A DNA stretch of 28,966 nucleotides from an uncultured Candidatus Sumerlaeota bacterium. GTDB taxonomy: Bacteria > Bacillota > SLNR01 > JBMNPB01. The notes beneath the pieces are model-generated. The model was not told where the DNA came from. It ran no database searches and saw nothing but the letters and a program-made list of their open reading frames with translations. The translations under genes were made by a program, and so were the position numbers. Where the stretch lies: the NCBI GenBank assembly GCA_964533125.1, contig CAZHIT010000001.1, positions 1 through 28,966 on the forward strand, written 5' to 3'. Within the stretch, counting starts at the first letter, position 1. Each line of letters opens with the position of its first letter. This document shows positions 1 to 6,992 of the stretch, piece by piece.

Positions 1-60
1 CGGTACCGGGGGATAAAAGAGGAACTGCAGATCCTACCGGGTGAAGATCAGCTAGATTAG
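1..60 (+). CDS. 3' end of an upstream gene (partial, unknown product)
   Basis: Frame 1 is open from base 1 to TAG at 58-60 (RYRGIKEELQILPGEDQLD*); too short to identify. Confidence 0.3.
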   Translation, partial: RYRGIKEELQILPGEDQLD

Positions 61-118
61 AGGCGGGCAATAAGACACCCGTCAAACGCGCGGGTGAGCG
101 GGAAGCGGGGAGAACAGG

Positions 119-892
119 ATGCCGCTGATGGACAATGTGACCTTGCTCGGGCTTACGGCCAGTATGGCGGCCGGCCTGGCGACGGCGGCCGGGGCTTTGC
201 CCGTATTCTTTCTGCGGCGGGAACTGCCGGCCCGGGTGCTGGATACGCTCCTCGGCTTTGCCGCCGGAGTGATGCTGGCCGCGACTTCGTTCAGCCTGAT
301 CATCCCGGCGATTGAAAAAGGGGGCGGCGGGGTCCGGGGAGCGGGCCTCGCGGTACTCGGGATTTTGCTCGGAGGGTTCTTCCTGGATGCGGCCGACCGC
401 TTTTTCCCCCACCAGCATCCAGGGACCGGACGCGAAGGCAGGCAAAGCAGCCTGCGGAAGATTTGGCTGTTTGTCATCGCGATTACCATCCACAACTTCC
501 CGGAAGGGATGGCGGTGGGGGTTGGCTTTGGCGACGGGGACATCGGTAACGGGCTTAGCCTGGCGCTGGGGATCGGTCTGCAGAATATCCCGGAGGGGTT
601 GGCGGTGGCGCTCGCGCTGCAACGGGAAGGGTACACGCGGGGAAGGCTGTTTTTGGTTGCGCTCCTGACCGGTCTGGTGGAGCCGGTCGGCGGGCTGGTC
701 GGCGTGGTTTTGGTGCAGGCCGCGCGCCCCTTGCTCCCGCTGGCCCTGTCTTTTGCGGCCGGTGCTATGCTGTTTGTGGTCAGTGACGAGATCATTCCTG
801 AGACCCATACCGGTGGCTTCCACCGATCAGCGACCTTTGGCGTACTCTTTGGTTTTGTGATTATGATGTTCCTGGATGTCGTGCTGGGCTGA
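119..892 (+). CDS. zupT: ZIP family divalent metal (Zn) transporter, ZupT/GufA type
   Basis: Multiple TM helices; AITIHNFPEGMAVG and LQNIPEGLAVA metal-site motifs; C-terminal GAMLFVVSDEIIPE. Start could be 119 or 128. Confidence 0.9.
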   Translation: MPLMDNVTLLGLTASMAAGLATAAGALPVFFLRRELPARVLDTLLGFAAGVMLAATSFSLIIPAIEKGGGGVRGAGLAVLGILLGGFFLDAADRFFPHQHPGTGREGRQSSLRKIWLFVIAITIHNFPEGMAVGVGFGDGDIGNGLSLALGIGLQNIPEGLAVALALQREGYTRGRLFLVALLTGLVEPVGGLVGVVLVQAARPLLPLALSFAAGAMLFVVSDEIIPETHTGGFHRSATFGVLFGFVIMMFLDVVLG

Positions 893-1027
893 GGCGGCGG
901 CAGGGGATAGGCCGGGTTTGGAGAAAAGAAAAGGTTACTGGGCTTGACCCGGCCCGGAGGGGGCGGGCGGTCCACCCGGCGGTCGATTAAGATCCTACCA
1001 GTTGAGAGACAGAAAGGGGCGGCAGGA

Positions 1028-1858
1028 ATGAATACCAAGGAAATCATGGATATTGCCCTGGAGTTGGCGGAACTGACGGAGGTACCCAGCGATTCGGGCA
1101 TCTTTGTACCGGGCGAGAATATCCAGAAGGTGTTGTTCGGGGTGGATATGGCCACGCCGGAGCTGATGCTGGCCCGGCAAATGGGGGTGGACCTGGTGAT
1201 CAGCCACCACCCGCAGGGGGACACGTCGACCGTGCACTTCCACAAGGTGATGGAGCGGCAGATCGACTGCATGGTGCGGGCCGGCGTGCCGATTAACAAA
1301 GCCCAGAAGGCGTTGCGCGACACCATGGGGAAAATTGAGCGCTCAAACCATGTGGTAAATTACGACCGGACGGTTTCGGCCGCCCGGGTGATGGGCATCC
1401 CCTTTATGAACATCCACATGCCGGCGGACATCATCACCGAGAATTTCGTCCAGGCCCACCTGGACCGGCGGGTGACCAATCCCCGGGCCACACTGAAAGA
1501 CGTGATAGGTGCGCTGAAGGAGATTCCGGAGTACCGGGAGGCGATTGCCGGGCCGGTGTGCCGGGTCGGCGGGGAGAGCGACTACGCCGGGCGGATTATG
1601 GTGCTGATGGCAGGCGGCACGAACGGCGGCGAGCAGGTCTTCAAGGCTTACTTCGATGCCGGCATCGGCACCATCGTCTGTATGCACGTGCCGGATGATG
1701 TCCGCAAGGCGGTGCAGGAGCAGAATATCGGCAATATTATCGTCGCTGGGCATATGGCGAGCGATAGCATCGGGATCAATATCATCATCAGGGAACTGGA
1801 ACAGCGGGGGCTGGCCGTGAACCGCATGTGCGGGGTCGCCTGCGGCCAGGCGGACTAA
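1028..1858 (+). CDS. Nif3-like (NGG1p-interacting factor 3 related) dinuclear metal-binding protein, 276 aa
   Basis: VLFGVDM, ISHHP, NIHMPAD and GHMASDSIG motifs; ATG 1028 after AAGGGG; ORF-track start 944 is an upstream extension. Confidence 0.75.
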   Translation: MNTKEIMDIALELAELTEVPSDSGIFVPGENIQKVLFGVDMATPELMLARQMGVDLVISHHPQGDTSTVHFHKVMERQIDCMVRAGVPINKAQKALRDTMGKIERSNHVVNYDRTVSAARVMGIPFMNIHMPADIITENFVQAHLDRRVTNPRATLKDVIGALKEIPEYREAIAGPVCRVGGESDYAGRIMVLMAGGTNGGEQVFKAYFDAGIGTIVCMHVPDDVRKAVQEQNIGNIIVAGHMASDSIGINIIIRELEQRGLAVNRMCGVACGQAD

Positions 1859-1884
1859 CGCCGAAAGGAAGGAGGGCGGCAGCA

Positions 1885-3552
1885 GTGCTGAGCGGCGATG
1901 GATTCACCCTGCGCCGGCCCGGCGGCCAGGAGAACTTCTACCCGGTGGGTAAGGACTTGGCAGCTGTGAGTCAGGAGTTGCGGGCGGAGTACCCCCATCC
2001 GATCATTGCGGCCAAGGTGGATAATATGCTGGCGGGGCTGGATGCCCGTCCAGGCGCTGGTTCTAAGGTGGAGTTGGTGCACCTAGGGACGGAGGCGGGT
2101 ATCCGCATTTACGGGCGAAGCCTGTCCTGCGTGCTGATCCGGGCGGCCCGGGAGTTGTACCCGGGTTGTACCGTTCGGGTGGAACATTCCCTAAGCAAGG
2201 GGGTCTTCTGCGAGATCCACTGCGAGCGGGAGTTTGGCGCGGCGGAGGTATCGGCCGTGGAGGAGAGGATGAGGCAAATCGTGGCCGCGGCCGAGCCCAT
2301 TGAGCGGGAGACCCTGCCCTGGGCGGAGGCGATGGCCATCTATCAGGCGCGGGGGCAGGCGGAGATGGTCGGGTTGCTCCGGCATCGGACCGGGCAGCCG
2401 GTGGACTTCTACCGCTGCGGATGGATGCGGGAGCATTTCTACGAAATCCTGGCCCCGGATACCGGGATGCTGACTACTTTCTATCTTCAACCTTTCCCTC
2501 CCGGACTGATCCTTCGCCTGCCGGAGAAGGAAAATCCCCAGGTCGTGTCGACCTACGTGCCCCAGCACCAACTCTCCGGGATCTTCCTGGAGGCGGAGCG
2601 GTGGGGGAAAATCCAGGAAGTCGGGGATGTGGGTTCGCTCAATGACCTGATCACTGCCGGGCAGGGCGCAGAAATGATCCATGTCGGCGAAGCCTTACAC
2701 GAGAAAAAGATAGCTCAGATGGCCGATTTGGTCAGCGCCGAGCGGGAACGGCTGCGGGTGATCACGATCGCCGGGCCGTCTTCGTCCGGCAAAACGACCT
2801 TCGCCCAGCGCCTCTCGGTGCAGATGCGTGTCAATGGCCTGCGACCGGTGGCGATTTCGGCCGACGACTATTTCCTCGACCGGGAGCACACCCCCCGGGA
2901 CGAAAACGGCGATTACGACTACGAAGCGATCGAGGCTATCGACCTGGAGCTATTCAACTCAGACCTGACCCGTCTCATTCATGGGGAAGAGGTAGCCATC
3001 CCGACCTTCAATTTTCTCCAGGGCGCGCGAGAGTACACTGGGCGCAAATTGCGGATCCGGCCGGACCAGATCGTGATTATCGAGGGCATCCACGGCTTAA
3101 ACGAGCGGCTGACAGCGGCCGTGCCCCGGGAGAACAAGTATAAGATCTACATCAGTGCGCTGACCCAGATCAATATCGACGGCTATAACCGGATTCCGAC
3201 CACCGACGCCCGGATTTTGCGGCGGATTGTCCGGGACAGCCAATTCCGCGGGCACAACGCTCAGCAGACGATTAACCGCTGGGCTTCGGTGCGGCGGGGG
3301 GAAGACCGGTACATTTTCCCCTTCCAGGAGGAAGCGGATACGATGTTCAACTCCGCCCTGATTTACGAACTGGCGGTGCTGAAGAAATACGCCGAACCGC
3401 TGCTGCAGGCGGTAAGCCAGGCGGTGCCGGAGTACGCCGAGGCTAACCGGTTTCTGCACCTGCTCAGCTATTTCGTTTCGCTGGAGGATACGGAGGTCAG
3501 CCCGAACTCGATTTTGCGGGAGTTTATCGGCGGCGGCTGCTTCCGGCCGTAA
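1885..3552 (+). CDS. Nucleoside kinase: ThrRS-like N-terminal (TGS + editing-like) region fused to a uridine kinase/PRK P-loop domain, 555 aa
   Basis: IIAAKVDN (TGS); Walker A GPSSSGKTT; SADDYF, IEGIHGLN, RILRRIVRD, WASVRRGEDRYIFPFQE kinase motifs; GTG 1885 after GGAGG at 1871-1875. Confidence 0.85.
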   Translation: MLSGDGFTLRRPGGQENFYPVGKDLAAVSQELRAEYPHPIIAAKVDNMLAGLDARPGAGSKVELVHLGTEAGIRIYGRSLSCVLIRAARELYPGCTVRVEHSLSKGVFCEIHCEREFGAAEVSAVEERMRQIVAAAEPIERETLPWAEAMAIYQARGQAEMVGLLRHRTGQPVDFYRCGWMREHFYEILAPDTGMLTTFYLQPFPPGLILRLPEKENPQVVSTYVPQHQLSGIFLEAERWGKIQEVGDVGSLNDLITAGQGAEMIHVGEALHEKKIAQMADLVSAERERLRVITIAGPSSSGKTTFAQRLSVQMRVNGLRPVAISADDYFLDREHTPRDENGDYDYEAIEAIDLELFNSDLTRLIHGEEVAIPTFNFLQGAREYTGRKLRIRPDQIVIIEGIHGLNERLTAAVPRENKYKIYISALTQINIDGYNRIPTTDARILRRIVRDSQFRGHNAQQTINRWASVRRGEDRYIFPFQEEADTMFNSALIYELAVLKKYAEPLLQAVSQAVPEYAEANRFLHLLSYFVSLEDTEVSPNSILREFIGGGCFRP

Positions 3553-3671
3553 CCTGGCCGTCCGGAGGGTGCGGGTCCAACTGCTCCGCAGCGGATTTTT
3601 AGGCATGTGGTCGGGGTGGCCTGCGCAATAGCGGAACATTTTGTGATTGGGACTTAGAGGAGTTGAGAGCG

Positions 3672-5015
3672 GTGGCGGTGGCGACTGAAAGCCGGGACCG
3701 GGCGGTGCCCTTGCGGGAAATCCTGTTCTTTTTCCTCCCGTTGATGCTGACCTCGATGCTGATGATGACTTCTCATTCCATCGTCACCGGCGGGATCGCC
3801 CGGACGATAGCGCCGGTCGCGTCCATGGCGGCCTATTCGGTGGGGTCGAACATCGCGTTTATGGGGGAAGGCCCTTCGGTTATGATGCGGCAGATGACCT
3901 TGGCTCTGATCAGGGGCCGGAAGTCGTTTGCGACGGCGGTCCGGGTGGGAGTGGTTACACTCGGGCTGGTGTTGTTGGTTGGCTTCGCGATCGGCTATAC
4001 CGCGCTCGGCCGGGTGGTCTTTACCAGACTGCTGGGGGTACCGGAGGAGCTGATGCTGGCGACGCTGACCGTCTATCGAGTGACCATGTTTGTGGCTGCT
4101 TCTTCGGCGCTGCGGTCGTTTTTCCAGGGCACGCTGATTTTGCGCCGTCGGACTTTTTTGGTTACCCAGGCGATGATCGCCCGGATTTCGGTGATGGCGG
4201 TGCTGGTGTATTGTTTTAACCATTACCATTGGGTGCAGGGCAGTCTAGTCGGGGCGATCACGATCCTGGCGGGGATGAGCACGGAGGCGATCTATAACGC
4301 GGTCCGGGGTTTTCGTCACGTCGCCCGGCTGGAAGACGATTTCCCCGGTCAGGACCGGGCGGCCGACTTTGGCCAGGTGGTGCGGTTTTTCTATCCGCTG
4401 GTGCTGGCGGCGCTGGCGGCCAGTTTGGCCCGGCCGGTGATTAACGCGGGGCTGGCGCGGACGGCCGACCCGGTGGTGGCGCTCGCCGCCTTCTCGGTCG
4501 CGACCTCCGTCGGTTTTATCATCGTCAGCCCGACCCAGAACGTGCATCAGGTGGTGCTGGTGTTTTTGCGGGGGAAGGAAAGCTATGCGGCGGTGCGCCG
4601 GTTTGTTTTGGGTTTTGGCCTGTGCGGCTTTGCGGCTCTGGGGCTGGTGGCGGTAACACCGTTTGGCGCCTGGCTGCTGCGGCAGGTCGTCGGAGTCGAT
4701 CCTTCAGTTGTGGCGCCCACCCTGCAGTCGATGCGGGTGTTCAGCCTTTTGCCTCTGGTGATGAGTTTGGGTGAGTTTTACACCGGCTTGCTGCTGCTGC
4801 GCCAGCAGACCCGGCTGATCAGCGCGGCCAAAGCGGCGAACCTGGCGGTGGTGGTGGCGGTGGTCCTCCTGCTGCCCCGGGTGTTCCCGGCGGCGGGCAG
4901 CAGCAGCGGGGCTATCGCGATGGTCTCCGGGACCGGGGCCGAGGCAATCATGGTCTATTTGGCCTCCCGGCGCCTGGTGGTAGCGTCCGATTTGCCGGCG
5001 GGCGGAGCGGGGTAG
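3672..5015 (+). CDS. MOP/MATE-superfamily membrane transporter, ANKH-like, ~447 aa
   Basis: About 12 hydrophobic segments in two repeated halves (FFFLPL...GIAR / FFYPL...RPVINAGLAR); GTG 3672 is 9 nt after GAGGAG; see finding for ANKH similarity. Confidence 0.8.
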   Translation: MAVATESRDRAVPLREILFFFLPLMLTSMLMMTSHSIVTGGIARTIAPVASMAAYSVGSNIAFMGEGPSVMMRQMTLALIRGRKSFATAVRVGVVTLGLVLLVGFAIGYTALGRVVFTRLLGVPEELMLATLTVYRVTMFVAASSALRSFFQGTLILRRRTFLVTQAMIARISVMAVLVYCFNHYHWVQGSLVGAITILAGMSTEAIYNAVRGFRHVARLEDDFPGQDRAADFGQVVRFFYPLVLAALAASLARPVINAGLARTADPVVALAAFSVATSVGFIIVSPTQNVHQVVLVFLRGKESYAAVRRFVLGFGLCGFAALGLVAVTPFGAWLLRQVVGVDPSVVAPTLQSMRVFSLLPLVMSLGEFYTGLLLLRQQTRLISAAKAANLAVVVAVVLLLPRVFPAAGSSSGAIAMVSGTGAEAIMVYLASRRLVVASDLPAGGAG

Positions 5016-5045
5016 ACGGCATTGGGATTTTGCTTGGTCTGAGGG

Positions 5046-5076
5046 TAAACAGCGGCGCGACCGCTGTTTATTTTTT
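5046..5076 (+). terminator. Intrinsic terminator after the ANKH-like gene
   Basis: Perfect 10-bp stem TAAACAGCGG/CCGCTGTTTA, loop CGCGA, then TTTTTT. Confidence 0.85.
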
Positions 5077-5095
5077 CCGCTGGTGGGCAATCTAA
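5066..5095 (+). promoter_or_regulatory. Forespore sigmaF/sigmaG-type promoter
   Basis: GTTTA-15 nt-GGCAATCTAA fits the recalled GYWTA-N15-GGnnAnAnTR consensus; sits upstream of a YhcV-like gene. Confidence 0.55.
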
Positions 5096-5116
5096 GTCTC
5101 AAAGGAGGATGAGCAA

Positions 5117-5545
5117 ATGAAACTGAGCGAACTGATGAGCCGGAAACTGGCCACGGTGACGGCCCAGACGACGGCGGCGGCAGCGGCGAAAGCGATGGAA
5201 GCCCACGATATCGGCTCCGTTCCGGTCTGCGAAGGGAACCAGATCGTGGGGATTCTCACCGATCGGGATATCGTAATCCGGGCCTTGGCGGCGGGCAAAG
5301 ACCCAGCCAAGGTGACGGTGGGAGAGATTATGTCCCGCGAGCTGGTGCTGGGTCACCCGGAGATGGATGTCCACGCCGCGGCCCAACTGATGGCCGACGA
5401 GCAAATCCGGCGTCTGCCGGTGGTGGACAACGGCGGACTGGTAGGCATCGTGGCCCTGGGGGACCTCGCGGTGGAAGACAAGTTTGAGAACGAAGCCGGT
5501 TCGGCCCTGAGCGAGATTTCCCAGCCGGCCGATGCTGCCCACTAA
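5117..5545 (+). CDS. Tandem CBS-domain protein, YhcV/YlbB-like (sporulation associated)
   Basis: GILTDRDIVIR, QIRRLPVV, GIVALGDLAV and AGSALSEIS closely resemble B. subtilis YhcV as recalled; RBS AAGGAGG. Confidence 0.9.
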   Translation: MKLSELMSRKLATVTAQTTAAAAAKAMEAHDIGSVPVCEGNQIVGILTDRDIVIRALAAGKDPAKVTVGEIMSRELVLGHPEMDVHAAAQLMADEQIRRLPVVDNGGLVGIVALGDLAVEDKFENEAGSALSEISQPADAAH

Positions 5546-5561
5546 CGCCGGGAATTTGGCC

Positions 5562-5590
5562 TTGCCGGGAAATCCTGGATAGGGTATAAT
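5562..5590 (+). promoter_or_regulatory. sigmaA promoter for ferredoxin
   Basis: TTGCCG (5562-5567)-17 nt-TATAAT (5585-5590). Confidence 0.7.
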
Positions 5591-5651
5591 TAACGAGGGG
5601 GCGGACGGAGGATTCTGCCGCCGCCCGACCGAAGACGGAGGAGGGATAGGT

Positions 5652-5843
5652 ATGAAAGTTTGGGTTGACCCCGACCTGTGCATCAGTTGTGGGTTGTGCA
5701 TCAACACCTGCCCGGAAGTGTACGAATGGGACAACGGCGGTAAGGCCGTAGCCAAAGACGATGGCGCGGTCCCAGCCGGCAGCCAAGGGGCGGCCAAGGA
5801 AGCGGTGGAAGGCTGCCCGGTGAACGCGATCAAAGAAGAGTAA
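5652..5843 (+). CDS. Single-cluster [4Fe-4S]/[3Fe-4S] ferredoxin, 63 aa
   Basis: CISCGLC...CP and distal GCPV; RBS GGAGG. Confidence 0.95.
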   Translation: MKVWVDPDLCISCGLCINTCPEVYEWDNGGKAVAKDDGAVPAGSQGAAKEAVEGCPVNAIKEE

Positions 5844-5852
5844 TAAATGATA

Positions 5853-5887
5853 CGGCCATTGCCCGCCAGGTGATGGCCGGTTTTTTT
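5853..5887 (+). terminator. Intrinsic terminator after ferredoxin
   Basis: CGGCCATTGCC/GGTGATGGCCG stem (two G-U pairs) followed by G and T7. Confidence 0.7.
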
Positions 5888-5897
5888 GGAGGATAAG

Positions 5898-6560
5898 ATG
5901 GAGGATGCGGTAATCGACACCGTCAGTACTCCCCGGGGCGAGTTGCAGCTGCGCCGCCGGGCGGGAGAATACGAAATCATCTCGAATGGGATCTTCATCA
6001 TGGCGACCTACAACCGCTATTCGGAGCGGGAGCTGGCCACTCTGCCCCTGTCGTTCCTGCCGGCGGAGCAAAAGGACCTGAAGGTGCTGGTGGGGGGCCT
6101 GGGTATCGGGTATACCCTGCAGGCCGCCCTGGCGGACCAGCGCGTGGGCCGGGTGGATGTGGCGGAGATCGAACCGCAGATTGTCTCCTGGAACCGGGAG
6201 TACTTGGGTGGGTTTGCCGGCAGCCCTTTGGAGGATCCCCGGGTCAGGCTGTTGCTCCGGGATGTGGCCGAAGCGGCTCGCCAGGGAGAATGCTACCATG
6301 TGATTGCCCTGGATGTGGATAACGGCCCGGAGTTTTTGCTGCTGACCGAAAACGCCGCGATTTACCGGGACGAGGGTCTGGTGCGGTGGCGGGAGCGGTT
6401 GGAGCCGCAGGGAGTGCTGGCCATTTGGTCCGCCCAGGCCAGCGAAGCGCTCGCGGCCGGGCTGCAGCGGGTCTTCGGTAATTGCACTGCCGTGCCGGTG
6501 GCCCGGGAAGATCGGCCGGAGTTGCCGCCTGACTACATTTATCTGGTCAGGAGGGAATAG
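5898..6560 (+). CDS. Spermidine-synthase-like class I SAM-dependent methyltransferase, 220 aa
   Basis: VLVGGLGIGYTL, VAEIEP, DVDNGP motifs; lacks the GGGDG aminopropyltransferase signature; ATG 5898 after GGAGG. Confidence 0.75.
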   Translation: MEDAVIDTVSTPRGELQLRRRAGEYEIISNGIFIMATYNRYSERELATLPLSFLPAEQKDLKVLVGGLGIGYTLQAALADQRVGRVDVAEIEPQIVSWNREYLGGFAGSPLEDPRVRLLLRDVAEAARQGECYHVIALDVDNGPEFLLLTENAAIYRDEGLVRWRERLEPQGVLAIWSAQASEALAAGLQRVFGNCTAVPVAREDRPELPPDYIYLVRRE

Positions 6561-6606
6561 GCTTTCGCGATCAGAGCCGTGCCGATACATAGTGATACAC
6601 CGCTGA

Positions 6607-6642
6607 CTGACCTGGTTTATTGGCCGGGTCAGCTTTTCTGTT
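6607..6642 (+). terminator. Probable intrinsic terminator
   Basis: CTGACCTGG/CCGGGTCAG stem followed by CTTTTCTGTT. Confidence 0.5.
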
Positions 6643-6933
6643 AATCACTAAACCGATACCAGCGTCAGGCCATTCAGATATACTATACTTTGTGGATAGA
6701 CCTAATACGAGTCTACTTCTAGCAGAACATAAAAACTTACGTTTGAACGGGACAAAATCGGGAGTAACTCGGATATTATCAACTTGTCGGTTCAATTTCA
6801 GTCTTATCTGCGCCGGCAGCAGGTCCAACCAGATAGAGAAGAATAGGATATTCCTCTTTCTTCAAGCGAGATGAAGGAAGGGCGGCGAGCGTAAGGGCTG
6901 CGTCCGGCGCTGTCCGGTCGGCGGGCGGCGGCA

Positions 6934-6962
6934 TTGCGGGGCCATCCGGCGGCTGTTATAAT
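6934..6962 (+). promoter_or_regulatory. sigmaA promoter with extended -10 for the ABC-F gene
   Basis: TTGCGG (6934-6939)-17 nt-TATAAT (6957-6962), with TG at 6954-6955. Confidence 0.65.
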
Positions 6963-6992
6963 AGGAATGACGGTCGGATGGGAGGAAAAGCG

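Noticed and set aside
29-1005. AGATCCTACC.G.TGA occurs at 29-44 and 990-1005, flanking the ZIP gene like target-site repeats
   Set aside because: 14/16 identity is near chance expectation for this much sequence, the first copy is inside a coding frame, and no mobile gene is present
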